From positions 1,426,001-1,490,000 of the forward strand of contig JADEYG010000003.1 of the NCBI GenBank assembly GCA_016906335.1: a DNA stretch of 64,000 bases. Direction: 5' to 3'. The notes beneath the pieces were generated by a model. It searched no databases. It saw nothing but the letters and a program-made list of their open reading frames with translations, and had not been told where the DNA came from. Shown here in pieces: positions 33,518 through 46,154 of the stretch (position 1 is the first letter of the stretch; each line of letters starts with the position of its first letter). This DNA is from Novakomyces olei. Its lineage: Eukaryota. Position numbers and translations under genes: made by a program.

Positions 33518-33789
33518 ATGGGTGCCGGATATGTGATTGCGGGCCGTCATGTGCCTTCCGAATACGTAAGCATTGAAATAACATCGGTATGGACATGTGC
33601 TAATTGTTTCATCAGCTTTCCATTGCAACCTTGTTGAGTACTTTTGGCATTGCTGCGTGGGGATTTTCGGGCGGCAAGAAGCCGGATCAGAGCTCGATTC
33701 CTCCGGTCAATGCAAGCTCCAAGGATGAGGAAGCTTACATTGTTAAATTTATGGAGCAGGAGCTCGCAAAAGACGAAAAGCACCATTAG
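33518..33789 (+). CDS. atp19: Mitochondrial ATP synthase subunit k (2 coding exons)
   Basis: MGAGYVIAGRHVPSEY|LSIATL...PPVNASSKDEEAYIVKF; GTAAGC donor; probable 5' UTR intron about 33384-33495. Confidence 0.85.
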
Positions 33790-33960
33790 ATTGCTATTAG
33801 TTGAATATTAATACTGCGATTCAAATGCCAGAGCCTACATTCTATTTTCTAATAATTGTATTCTAGATGCAACCAACTTCTTTCAACTCTTGTATTCTAA
33901 TAATTTACCTTAGTATTTTCCAAAATTTACTCTGATTACAATAATAGAAAAATCATAAAC

Positions 33961-35591
33961 CTAATCACTGGTGGCACCTTCACCGTCAACGGACTTCCGG
34001 GACTTCTTTTTCTTTTTCTTCTCAGACTTATCCTCAGACTTGTCCTTCTTTTTCTTCTTTTTCTCCACGCCGTTCGCACCGTCTTCTGCGTCTGAATCTT
34101 CCGTCTTTCTCTTCTTCTTCTTCTCCCTCTTTGATACGTCCTCCGCTGCCTTGGACGGTGTAGTCTCAAGTGCAGCCAGATCCGTATTGCTTACCAGATC
34201 ACCGTTGACAGGGGGCGCTGGTGCTTCTGCTGCCTTTGCAGCCTGATCAACAGGCTCTGAAACGGCTGCAACGGCCACAGATGATCCCGGAGTAGTTTGG
34301 CTCTGATTGTAATCCACATAAGAAGTCTTCCAGTCATTCGGTGTATTCTCATTAGCTCGTCCATACTTGTCCAGTTTTCCTTCTTTCTTTAGTGTCTTCT
34401 TCTTCAAGCTCATTGGACCCAAGCCCCAGCGACGTGGGTAAGTATCACGGTCCATAATGCACCGCTTCACTTTAGCTACTACACCATGGTCGCAGGTAGT
34501 CAATTCCACAGTCGACATTTGGGCTATTCCTACAGCAATAGCCTCCCCTTTAGTAGTCATAAGCACAACCTCTTCATTGGTCTCAATGCCCGACTCGTAG
34601 CGGAGCAATCCCGGAATCATGAGTCTTGCACCATAGCACACAGCATTAACAGCAGAATCCTTGACTACAATACGCTTGTATCCAAGCAAGAGCGATTCCA
34701 ATGGCTGGACAACACGGCGAAGGTAAGATTCGTCTTTTGTATTGTCATATAGCCATTGGGCATCCAGTACATCGTGCATTGTTACGAGACCCTTATTTTC
34801 GTCCATAGCTCCTGAACGAACACGACGGAGCTCTTGCATATGAGCACCGACACCCAAAAGCATTCCCAAATGTACACAGAGTGTACGAATGTATGTTCCA
34901 GCCTCACAGCTGACCCAAAAGACAGCAAGGTGACGATCGTTATCAAACTCTATGAGCTTTGATTCGTATATAGTGCGGATACGTAACTGTCGCTTTACAG
35001 CAGAGATGAGCGGCGGGCGTTGAAAAAGGGCTCCAGTCAAAGTTTCAATAGCAGCCTCAAGCTTCTTCTCGCTAGTGATCGAATCATGCAAACGTAAAAC
35101 GCAAACATACTCCTTACCAGCACTTTGCTGCGATTTTACCAGTCGTGTAGCCTTGTCGATGCATACAATGAGACAGCCGGTAACCTTAGGATCCAAAGTG
35201 CCAGAGTGACCGGTCTTTTCTACCCGCAAAATACGTTTGATCCAGGCCACGACCTAAATTATTAGTAAGTCTTTATTTGCGACCCTTTCTACTAGATCTC
35301 CTCTAGCACCGAAAAGAATGAGTCAAGGGCAAGCCAAACGCAAAAAGAAAAAGGTACCTCGTGAGACGACGGATTGCTCGGTTTATCGAGGTTGATAACA
35401 CCTGAGGAAATGTAATCCTTCAAAGGACGATTAAGGGGAGAGCATCCGTTTGGAATAGGCGTATAGTGCCCTGTGCGCACAAGCAGACGATCATAATTCT
35501 TGAGTAACAATGGCCACGTGCTTGTGTCTATACTCGGCTTCACTGCTTCCGGTTTAATGACATGTTCAATGGCTGTCGCCGCCGCGTCCAT
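33961..35591 (-). CDS. cbf5: H/ACA snoRNP pseudouridine synthase (dyskerin), 2 exons
   Basis: [38 protein letters not shown] domain, lysine-rich tail. Confidence 0.98.
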
Positions 35592-36384
35592 GCTGATTTA
35601 CGCGGAGGCAGTACCGAAGCTTGCCTTTGTACAATTTTTTTGCTGTTTCTTTTTTTCTTTTTTTTTTTTTCCACAGTTGTATAATGCGTTGATGATGGTA
35701 TGAGCGCAGTAACGTACATATAATACAGATTTTATAGCATTAATTTTTATTAGAGCCAAAATTACCATTATACCTATAAAAGACATACTGCAGCAGCTCC
35801 AAGCGAAAAAAGCTTTTATAGTATTAATAGCGTATTACATACAGGTTGGTCGTTAATGGTTGTTATAGACTGCTTGAAAATCAGCTTCACATTTTCTATA
35901 ATTTACGCACTACGTATTCCAAGTGTTGAGCGAAGGGCTGTCTAGTGATTAGGCGTACGGGTAGCAATTAGTTTTATGAATATATTACAGGAAAAAATCA
36001 TCGCTTGCTTGTAATCGACACGTTTTGTGTACTATTATGAATGCGCATACGCAGGTAATAAAAAATAAACAGAAATCCGATCCGGTCAGGGTTTTCTTGA
36101 AAATTCTTGGTTATGATTAGGGTTTTCCAAGAATCATGGTACAGCATAAGTGAGCCAGGATCATTGTGAATATATACAATTTGCCTGCAATATATACAAT
36201 TTGCCTGCTATTTCTTCATAAGTGCCGTGATCATCGCACTCTATTATCTGCGAACCTGTTGCGCGTTTTAATTGCCAGCAGAGTCTCATTGAACGACAGC
36301 TTGAACCGCGTTTTTACGCGTGCGCCGTTCTGGCGCTGGTTCGGTTACGAGCTTAGCGATTTTTAACTGCTTTTACAGCACACT

Positions 36385-39300
36385 ATGGCTTCAACAGCAA
36401 TAAACGGAAATAGCGCCAGCATGAACACGGACGCGACGCGTAACGGGGGGCCAATGGCAATGCCGCTCAGTATGACGCGTGAACAAATTCATGCGCTCCT
36501 TAGTCGCTACAGGTTTCTGCTCTCGCAGGGCGCAACGGAAGAAGGCAACAATGAATTTGCACAGATCTGTTCTTCTCTGCGAATAATTCAACAACACCAG
36601 GTGGCTCTGAGGCAACAGCAGTCTGTTCAGCAACAGCAACAACACCAAAAGCCTCAACAGGCACCTTTGCTGACGAGGCCGGAATACCCTGATCAAGCCC
36701 AAGGAGCCTACACTAAACCAGGACAATCATTGCCGTCTTCGGGACGAGTTTCGTCCATTGATGGAGGCAAAAATCTAGATTCTCTAGTGAACACGGCTGC
36801 AAATCCTCATATTACGAGCAGCAATGTCTCTGGCAGAGCCGCTGCTAATAACAATATGAACCCGTCACCGTTCACAGCGGAACAGCTCAATGTGCTTAAA
36901 GCACAGATTCTAGCTTATCGCTGTCTGTCGAAGAATATGCCGATCCCTCCAGGCATTGTTCAAGCAATCCAAGCAAAAGCCAAGCAGCACCCGCTGGGTG
37001 TAGAGGCAGGTTCAGCAGAGGCTGCCTCTGATTTGCTGGGACCAAATGCGAGCCCGGAAGCCTTGAAAAGATTAGCACAGACTCTAAAAGCTGATCCGTA
37101 CACTTATTACAAGCATCCTATAGAATATGATGAATTTAATGCTCAGGGCCGGATTATAGTACCGAGCATTATGCCCCTTGGAGTCTCTGCAAACGCGTTT
37201 TCCTCGGAAGAGGAAGTAACGCGTCGTATTGCTTTAAGGATGAAAGAGCTGGAAGCGATGCCTGACGATATGGCACTCAAGGATCAAATTTCCGGAAAAG
37301 TGTCTACGGACAATAAATTACGAGCTTTAATCGAATTAAAATCTCTTAAGCTTTTGGCTAAACAACAGGCGCTACGCTCTCAGATTTGTAATGCTCCTTC
37401 TATGCTTAGTGTTTTAGGGTCGTCGTTTGAACGGGCTAATTATCGTCGCATTAAAACGCCCTCGATTGCTGATGCTCGTTTAACAGAGCAATTGGAGCGC
37501 AAACAGAAGACCGAGAGAGAACGCAGGGAAAAGCAAAAGAAACTCGACTACCTTATCGGCGTTTGCTCGCACGGTCGAGATATAGTCACTAATGCAAGAG
37601 TAGCTCGACAAAAAGCCGCGAAGCTTGTTCGATCTGTACAAAACCTGCATTCGCATATTGAAAAGGAAGAAGCTCGTCGTCTTGAGCGAACAGCTAAGCA
37701 GCGTTTGCAGGCGTTGAAATCGAACGATGAAGAAGCTTACATGCGACTCATTGATCAGGCTAAAGATACCCGCATTACGCATTTGCTGAGGCAGACAAAT
37801 ACTTATCTCGACTCGTTGGCGCAGGCTGTAAAAGAACAGCAAAGAGAGTTTGGCAGCTCTGTGCAAAACGAGACTACTGCCATTGCGGATGGCAGGGATC
37901 AAGACGAAGATTCTCAAAGCCAGGATTACTATGCGGTAGCTCATCGGGTGAAGGAAGAAGTAGTCGATCAGCCCTCTATACTCGTGGGTGGCCAATTGAA
38001 GGAGTATCAACTTAAGGGTCTGCAATGGATGATTTCTTTGTATAATAATAGGCTTAATGGTATTTTAGCAGACGAGATGGGTCTGGGAAAGACTATTCAA
38101 ACCATTTCCTTGATAACGTATTTGATTGAGCGGAAACGTGAAAATGGACCGTTCCTCGTCATTGTCCCACTTTCCACACTGACAAATTGGACGAATGAGT
38201 TTGAAAAATGGGCTCCATCAGTGGCCAAGATTGTCTACAAGGGCCCTCCACAAGCGCGGAAAGCTTTAGCCTACCAGGTGAAGCACTCCTCTTACCAGGT
38301 ACTGCTGACGACGTACGAGTACATTATCAAGGACCGTCCGCTTCTGAGCAAGATCAAATGGCTGCACATGATTATCGACGAGGGTCACAGAATGAAAAAC
38401 GCTCAGTCTAAACTAAGTGCGACGCTTGTACAGTATTATACGAGCAGGTACAGATTGATTCTCACTGGAACTCCATTACAAAACAGCTTGCCTGAGCTTT
38501 GGGCGCTACTAAACTTTGTACTGCCCAAGATCTTCAATTCGGTCAAGAGCTTTGATGAATGGTTTAATACCCCATTTGAGAGCACAGGCGGGCAAGACAA
38601 GATTGAGCTAACAGAGGAGGAATCGCTCTTGGTCATTCGCCGACTGCACAAAGTGCTGAGGCCCTTTTTACTCCGTCGTCTCAAGAAGGATGTGGAGTCG
38701 GAGCTGCCAGACAAGGTGGAGAAGGTCATCAAGTGCCCCATGTCGGGACTGCAGCTGAAACTCTACCAGCAGATGAGAAAAGGCAGTATGATTATGATAA
38801 ATGGTGAAAAGAAAGCCGGTGTTCGTGGCCTACAAAACACGGTGATGCAGCTACGTAAAGTCTGCAATCACCCGTTTGTCTTTGAAGAAGTTGAGCAAAT
38901 AGTCGATCCGAGTGGAGCAGATTACGATTTACTCTGGCGCGTCTCTGGCAAGTTTGAGTTACTGGACAGAATCCTGCCAAAGCTGTTCCGTACTGGCCAC
39001 AGAGTACTGATTTTTTTCCAGATGACTGCTATTATGAACATTATGGAGGACTATCTGCACTATAGGCGATGGAAGTATCTGCGCTTGGACGGTGCCACGA
39101 AGGCCGACGATAGATCGGCTCTACTGGGCCAGTTCAATGCCGATGACTCTGAGACTCTTTTATTTCTGCTGAGTACGCGTGCCGGCGGCCTTGGCCTCAA
39201 CTTGCAGACGGCAGACACAGTGATTATCTTTGATTCTGATTGGAACCCGCACCAAGATTTGCAGGCACAAGATCGGGCCCACAGGATTGGACAGACAAAA

Positions 39301-40662
39301 GAGGTTAGGGTTTTGCGTTTAATTACCGAGAACTCTGTGGAGGAGAACATACTTGCTCGTGCACAGCACAAGCTAGTAATTGATGGCAAAGTTATCCAGG
39401 CAGGCAAGTTTGACAACAAGTCAACAGCGGAAGAACGGGAGGCCTTTTTACGGTCTCTGATTGAGAACGCAAACGACGATGATCAGGAGGATAAGGGGGA
39501 CATGGACGATGAAGAGTTGAACGAAGTAATTTCGAGGGGCGATGAAGAGTTGGCAATTTTCCGTGAAATGGACTGGGAGAGGGATCGTGACTCGCCCTAT
39601 GGCCCTGGCAAAGCGCATGCAAGACTGATACAGGAATCAGAACTGCCCGAGGTGTACACTGCCAATCCGCAGGACGAAGAACCAGCGACGCCAGAGTTCT
39701 TGGGCCGTGGATCACGGGCTCGCAAGGAGGTCGTCTACAACGACGATCTGACCGAAGAGCAATGGCTAGATGCCATTGACAAGGGCAGTGAAGGCCTGCA
39801 AGAGGCAGCACAGACAAAGAGAGCTCGTAGAGGTCGGCGAGAAGCGAATAAGCTTAAGCGGCGAATAGCACAGAATTCAAACAATGGACAGGACGATGAC
39901 GAGGAGGATGGCGAGGAAGAAGAAGAGGAGGAAGAAGAAGAAGAAAACGAAGAAGAAAACGAAGAAGAGAACGAAGAAGAGAACGAGGCAGGCAGTACAG
40001 GTGTTGTAGGTACTCCAGGCGCAGGCCGACGGAAACGGACGAGGCCCAGTTCAAGGACGCCCCTTGGCAATGAGAGCAGGAGCAGTAAGAAAGCCAGGAC
40101 AATAGCGGCAGAGGATGATGAGGATTCAGGGCAGTTACAGGACGAAGATTCCCTGTCTGCCTCAGCTGGCAAGGGTGGTCGTCGACGAGGAGCAGGAGCA
40201 GCCAAGGCTGGTCGCACTAGCCGGGCAAGGTCGAGGGGTCGAGCAAAAGCAGGTGATGCTCGACTCGGCAAGACGCTGAACCAGCTGCTTTCCTCTATCC
40301 GTGGGTCCACGGACGATGACGGGCGGACGAGGGCCGATATGTTTCTGGAGCTGCCGAGCCGGAGAATGTACCCTGATTATTACACTGTAATTAAACGGCC
40401 GATTGCGCTGGATAAAATTCAAAAGAAAGTCAAGTCCGACCAGTATGCGGGCATTGACGATTTTGTGGCGGACGTGGAGCTGATGGTCAGCAATGCAAAG
40501 ACCTACAATGACTCTGGATCGTTACTGTACCATGACGCAGAGACTTTACTGAGGGAGTTGAACGACCGTGTGCAAGAGGTCAAATCGGGCACTGCATTGG
40601 ACAGCGATGCGGAGGGTAAGGATGAGGAGGGCAATGAGGAGGATAGAGATTCGTCTTTTTGA
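36385..40662 (+). CDS. snf21: SWI/SNF-RSC family chromatin remodelling ATPase (QLQ, HSA, Snf2 helicase, SnAC, bromodomain)
   Basis: LKAQILAYR, GILADEMGLGKT, IIDEGH, QAQDRAHRIGQ, LPSRRMYPDYY. Snf21 versus Snf22 is by resemblance only. Confidence 0.9.
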   Translation: MASTAINGNSASMNTDATRNGGPMAMPLSMTREQIHALLSRYRFLLSQGATEEGNNEFAQICSSLRIIQQHQVALRQQQSVQQQQQHQKPQQAPLLTRPEYPDQAQGAYTKPGQSLPSSGRVSSIDGGKNLDSLVNTAANPHITSSNVSGRAAANNNMNPSPFTAEQLNVLKAQILAYRCLSKNMPIPPGIVQAIQAKAKQHPLGVEAGSAEAASDLLGPNASPEALKRLAQTLKADPYTYYKHPIEYDEFNAQGRIIVPSIMPLGVSANAFSSEEEVTRRIALRMKELEAMPDDMALKDQISGKVSTDNKLRALIELKSLKLLAKQQALRSQICNAPSMLSVLGSSFERANYRRIKTPSIADARLTEQLERKQKTERERREKQKKLDYLIGVCSHGRDIVTNARVARQKAAKLVRSVQNLHSHIEKEEARRLERTAKQRLQALKSNDEEAYMRLIDQAKDTRITHLLRQTNTYLDSLAQAVKEQQREFGSSVQNETTAIADGRDQDEDSQSQDYYAVAHRVKEEVVDQPSILVGGQLKEYQLKGLQWMISLYNNRLNGILADEMGLGKTIQTISLITYLIERKRENGPFLVIVPLSTLTNWTNEFEKWAPSVAKIVYKGPPQARKALAYQVKHSSYQVLLTTYEYIIKDRPLLSKIKWLHMIIDEGHRMKNAQSKLSATLVQYYTSRYRLILTGTPLQNSLPELWALLNFVLPKIFNSVKSFDEWFNTPFESTGGQDKIELTEEESLLVIRRLHKVLRPFLLRRLKKDVESELPDKVEKVIKCPMSGLQLKLYQQMRKGSMIMINGEKKAGVRGLQNTVMQLRKVCNHPFVFEEVEQIVDPSGADYDLLWRVSGKFELLDRILPKLFRTGHRVLIFFQMTAIMNIMEDYLHYRRWKYLRLDGATKADDRSALLGQFNADDSETLLFLLSTRAGGLGLNLQTADTVIIFDSDWNPHQDLQAQDRAHRIGQTKEVRVLRLITENSVEENILARAQHKLVIDGKVIQAGKFDNKSTAEEREAFLRSLIENANDDDQEDKGDMDDEELNEVISRGDEELAIFREMDWERDRDSPYGPGKAHARLIQESELPEVYTANPQDEEPATPEFLGRGSRARKEVVYNDDLTEEQWLDAIDKGSEGLQEAAQTKRARRGRREANKLKRRIAQNSNNGQDDDEEDGEEEEEEEEEEENEEENEEENEEENEAGSTGVVGTPGAGRRKRTRPSSRTPLGNESRSSKKARTIAAEDDEDSGQLQDEDSLSASAGKGGRRRGAGAAKAGRTSRARSRGRAKAGDARLGKTLNQLLSSIRGSTDDDGRTRADMFLELPSRRMYPDYYTVIKRPIALDKIQKKVKSDQYAGIDDFVADVELMVSNAKTYNDSGSLLYHDAETLLRELNDRVQEVKSGTALDSDAEGKDEEGNEEDRDSSF

Positions 40663-40720
40663 GTTTAGCGCTGGTTGACCAGCCAGCAATAGTTTTATAC
40701 ACCAGGTTGATACATACTGA

Positions 40721-40812
40721 ACCAATCAATGAATCAGTCAATGAATGAATCAATGATTGAATCATTGAACCAATCAATAAACCAATCAATGATTGAATCA
40801 ATGATTGAATCA
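40721..40812. repeat. Degenerate AATC/AATG/ATTG tetranucleotide repeat
   Basis: aatcaatgattgaatc-type units downstream of the snf21 stop. Confidence 0.8.
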
Positions 40813-41063
40813 AACGCGATAAGCTTTTTGTATGGACAGTGGTCCCCGCGTTTGAGACAGTGAATAATGGTAAAAGGATGATTAATATGGAGCACCATGC
40901 AGTTCTGGAGGGAGGGTAGAAATCAAAAGATGGAATTAGAAAAGGTTCAGGAAATACAATGCATTGAATAGAGCAAGGTTTCGTTACAGATACAGTCGAG
41001 TGTGAGCAATTTAGTCTATTATATTATTCCTGATCTGTATGATGGAAGCCGCTTTTTTGGTTC

Positions 41064-42494
41064 TCAATCCAGGCCTTCTTCCGGCACATTGTTTGCAGCC
41101 ACAAAAGACCTCGGTGGAGCAGAAGAGTTTCCTCCACTGAAAAGGCCGCCCATTAAATCAGCCAAGACATTCCCTGATGCTTGTTGACGTTTGATGCCAA
41201 ACCACACCGTTCCTATCCGTGCAAGAAGCTGACTATTAGTCTCGATAAAATTAAAAAAAATTTCGACAACTCACCTCTTCAAAAATTTTAAATTCGCTAC
41301 CTCTGTCAAGATAGTAGCTTTTGAGCTGTTTGTATTCCTCTGCGGAACCCGTCTGGCAGGCGGCCACTAGGAGCTGTACAAAATTCATACTGGGTTGCTC
41401 GGCACTGTACCATATGCGGACAGTGCCTACAGACCTTTCCTGAACCAAATTCGAACCCATCTTCTTCAAAAACATCTCGATTACGATTAATGCACCTTCA
41501 ATGTTTCCCAGAGCGAGCATGTTTAAAACTCCTCTACACAGTGCAAAAGTGAACGAGCATTTGTCTTGCGCAACTAGCTCTGAGAGCATTTTGGCGTATT
41601 CTTCATAACTTTTCTTTGAGCCTTTAAGCAGAAAACGTTCGGCTCGAGAGGAAGATCCTTCTCCAAGGTATATATTGCCAATTGTGTCGTAAACTTTGAG
41701 TCCTTCAGTTCCCACTAAGCTACATAACCTGCGACGCTGGTAAGTTTGAGTGAAACAGCAGGAAAAAGCGACAGGAGAAAGCGACAGGAAAAAGCGACAG
41801 GAAAAAGCGACAGGAAAAAGCGACCAGGAAAAATCCACGGGAGAAGGGCAGACTGGAAGGCAAAACGGCAAAAGTTATATTTCAACACAGAGACAGAGGT
41901 ACTTACTGAGTGAGTTTGCTGATGAACTCTTTACGCGACGGTTCATGTGGCGGGAATTTTGTCGCAAGACCGATAGCAGTATCTAACAGTAAGAATCATG
42001 TACGGCCCACCCAGAATAAAAGTAATTTATTAAATAACTGGCCAAACAAGAGAAAACGCAATATACAAGCCAACGACGAGCCAAATAATTTAGCAATTAC
42101 CTAACCAGCCGGGCCGTAAAGGAGTATTTGCTAAAAGCAGATCGACCAAGTAGATTGACAAGTCGCCGGCACTCGCACTTTGCCCCTTCTCAAACAAAGC
42201 CTCTGCGCCTGATTCGAGTAAGGACACCCCAGAATCTATGCTTCCCTGTTTTACGTATCTTTAAAGTCTGAGCAAACGATCATCAATGATAGTTTCCGCA
42301 ATTACCTGTTTACTATTGTCCGCAGTGTCTGGTGAGCTTCGTAATACTCGTGCTCGTCGAGACTAGAAAACGTATAAGAATCAGCATTAACGACAACGCC
42401 GTATTCTCTTGTAAAATTGAGAAACTCGACAGTCAACCAACCTGGAACGAAACCGCCGTAGTGTTTTTTCTAATTTGGCGTCTGATGCCGACAT
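41064..42494 (-). CDS. get4: GET pathway component Get4 (multi-exon)
   Basis: KLEKTLRRF, YEAHQTLRTIVNRY, SGAEALFEKGQSASAGDL, WFGIKRQQASGNVLADLMGGLF...GLD; exon edges approximate. Confidence 0.85.
41758..41832. repeat. Intronic minisatellite, 13-bp unit CAGGAAAAAGCGA
   Basis: About 5-6 imperfect tandem copies inside a get4 intron. Confidence 0.85.
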
Positions 42495-42837
42495 TCTGTT
42501 CGGTCGGGCGAAGAAAGTGACGTTACAATGCTTATAACTGCATAATATATTGGTGAAGAGTGGAGAGTCGATATACTGCAATTCTATCAGTGAAAGATTC
42601 AACTATATTGTAAATCATCCTCCAAATTATAGTCAACGAATAATGAATAGTGTATAATAAATTTTAAATAATATTGAAGCAAATTAATTACAAATTAATT
42701 AATGAAGATCATGTTTCACTAAATCGAACTCTAAATTGTACTCTAAATGAACGCGCTCTTCTATGTTATGATACGGCGAATATCATGTACTATATATCAT
42801 CAAGAAAATGACCACTTTTTCCTCTTCATCTATAAAT

Positions 42838-45566
42838 CTAATCAATGCTTTGTACTCCACAATCGAGCCGATAAAGCCTGTACTCTTCAAGCATTTCTGC
42901 TGTAATTGCTCGGCCCAAGGTTTGTAAGGCCGAACTAAAGTGCCGTTCACAAACCATTTTTGCATCTATATCTTCATGCATAGCAGCCAAACCAGCATTT
43001 TGACATAATGCCGCCACCTCCGCTCCGGAACAGCCGTCCGTAGAAACTGCCAGCAGCGCGATATCGACGTCTTCATTAATTGCCATTCTCGCCGTCCTTA
43101 TGCGCAAGATTTCAATGCGAGCCTCTTGATCAGGCGGGGCAATATACAGAATACGATCAAGCCGGCCAGGGCGCATTAACGCTGGATCGATATCAAAGGG
43201 CCTGTTGGTTGCTGCTAAAACTGTAACGTTATTGAGCGATTCAATTCCGTCCATTTCATTCAATAAAGTTGCAACGATCCGGTTAGCAGGATCCCCTCCA
43301 TCACCATCATGCCCTCCTCTTACACCCGACAAAGAATCAATCTCATCGAAAAAAATGACGCTTGGACTCGCCTGCCGGGCTTTACGAAAAACTTCTCTGA
43401 CCGCACGTTCACTTTCCCCCACGTATTTGCTAAACAGTTCAGGACCTTTGACTGCTATAAAATTTAGTCCTGCTTCAGTGGCAACTGCTTTAGCCAACAA
43501 CGTCTTGGAACAGCCAGGTGGTCCGTAAAGAAGTATGCCTTTCGGAGGCTCAATTCCGAGTCTTTCAAACGTGTGGGGATGAGCTAAAGGCCATTCAACT
43601 GCTTCTTTCAGCCGTCTCTTTACATCTTCTTGTCCTCCAATATCTTTCCATCGTACGGTGGGAGTCTCGAGGAATATCTGCAAGTTAGAAAATAAATAAG
43701 GAAACAAATTATAAAGATTAAAGAAATAAATGAACAACGAAACGAATATGCAAGCAAGCAAAAAAACAAACAAAAAAACAAACAAACAAACGAAAAAAAG
43801 TAAACCATACCTCTCTCATTGCACTCTGCTTTACGCCCTTCAAGCCATTAATAATATCCTGCTCCTCAATTTTAACCGTATGTTCAGTCTGCTGAGCTAC
43901 GCCTCTTTTAACGGCGCTTATAGCGGCCTCTCTGCATAACGCTGCCAGATCCGCCCCAACGTAAGCATGAGTCTTATAGGCGACATCGCTAACAAACGAA
44001 GGCGCGAGATTATTTGGCATATTGCTCAAGTAAATGTTCAGTATTTCTAACCGGCCTTTAAAATTTGGAATCCCAATCTCAACTTCCTTCTCCAATCGAC
44101 CCGGTCGACGAAGTGCCTCGTCGATAGAATTTGGCCTATTTGTTGCAGCCACTACAACGACACCTCTACTTTGTTGCATCCCGTCCATTTCTGTTAGCAG
44201 TGAAGCTACTGCTCGACTATCCGCCTCACTCACGTCATCACTGCTCCGTTTAGGCGCAATTGCGTCAATTTCATCAATGAAAATTATACACGGCGCTTTG
44301 CTGCGCGCCTCGGCAAAAACAGAACGCAGAGTAGCTTCTGTCTCCCCCTGGAACTTGCCCACAACTGAAGGCCCGTTTATCGTAATTACAGAGGCACCCG
44401 TCTCGTTTGCCAGGGCTCGAAGTACCATGGTTTTTCCCGTTCCAGGTGGCCCGTAAAGTAGTACTCCGTGCGATGGGGACACGTGAAAGCGTTCAAATAA
44501 AGCAGGTCTTTTCAACGGCAGCTCTATAATATCACGCAATAAACTAATCTCTGAAGTCAAACCCCCAATGGAGGAATAAGTGACGTAGTTTTGATCACTT
44601 GGCCGCCATTTTAACCTTACAGTGCCTTCTGGTGCGGTAAATACAAGCCAAGTAGATTCTACTACTTTGAAAATGATATTCTCGTCTTGTAGAGCCATTG
44701 ACGCGAATTGCTCATCCATACCAACATTCACCGAGATGATGCACACTTCAGGGTCGGTGAGTGTTGCAGGTATAATCATGGGGCCGCTGATGTATCCTAA
44801 TTGCACTTGAATTAGAGAATCAGAAATGCAAAAAAAATTTCGGTTATTGGAAAGCAAGAGAATGGCACGCCGTTGTGTCGACTAGAACAGCCAACGATGG
44901 AACATAGATCGCAATGAAATGGAAAATACAAAAATAAATACAAAGTGCTAAAGTTTATAAAGTGCCAAAATAAAAAATGCAAAGTCAGACGGAAAACAAA
45001 TGCCAAGATCGCTTACAGAGAAGATCATGGACGGCAGAGGCAGACGGAAGCTCCCCCGTCAAGTCTGTGCTAATATGTACTTCGTCGGCTGCTACAACGC
45101 GGCCTTTGAAAGCTTGAACCCAAACGCTTTCTCCAAACGTCCAATTTCCTGAATTGAGAAAGCCTCTATGTATTCGCAAACCTGCAAGAGTCAGTGAGTA
45201 GTCGTAATACAAATAATTTATCAGCATACTACTCTCATCGTCACCTTTCTTGGCCAGCGCAATACTCAGTGTACTTTCTTCCTCATTCTGAATTGCGAGC
45301 ACAGAGCCTTCACTACAACCAAGGCTTTCTAAGACTTTTTCACCAACCCAACAACTACCAATGCAAACACCATAGACATCGTCATTACTCTCGCGCTCTG
45401 CGACAACCAAATTTACTCTATGGCTGTCGCTTTCGCGAACCTCGATCGCTTTTGTAGGCTCTGTGCTATTATCAGCCGGAGCTCCATATTTCGGTGGAGC
45501 AGCTGTGCGTTTCCGACGTGCGCTGCGCCGCTCGCCCGTCGAGTTCAAGTTTGATGCTCGAGCCAT
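42838..45566 (-). CDS. afg2: AAA+ ATPase Afg2/Drg1 (ribosome biogenesis), spliced
   Basis: Two AAA modules: GVLLYGPPGTGKT/FIDEID and GILLYGPPGCSKT/FFDEID (GCSKT is typical of Afg2/SPATA5). Confidence 0.92.
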
Positions 45567-46154
45567 CCATTAATTAAACATTCATATTCGCCTTTAAATT
45601 AAAAAAAAAAAATAACAAAAAACATATATTTCGAGCTTAATTTAGTAATATCGATTTCAGATAACATTTTATATGGTATGAGGGAAGATTTGGAGACGAG
45701 CTGGGATACGATAAAAAGAAGGGATTAGATGAAACAAATATTCATAAATATATAAAAATAAATTAAAAATAAAGAATATGAAATTAGAAAAGATAGAAAA
45801 AGTAGAAAAGATCGACACATTTAATACAAATAGTTTAATAATCAGACTCGACAGAGCACTATACTTTCGCTACTCTCGTTATTAATGACTCTTTATATTG
45901 AATCGGTTTTAACTATATAGGCACAGAGACACCAGCTCCCTCAAATCCTGATGACCGATACGTATTTACACATTATAAATTTCCAAATTGTGGTTATACA
46001 ATTTGAATAACATCATAGTATTGAGTACGACATATATTAAAATCATAATAATCTCGATGGAGTTACAAGTATTATTTATTTATTTATCGTGCGTGGAGTG
46101 CCAGATAGAACAGGACCCGATACAACGTGTTTACAGGACATTATGGCGATTTAA

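Noticed and set aside
37480-40422. Long antisense ORFs within snf21
   Set aside because: Shadows of a strongly coding, low-complexity sense strand.
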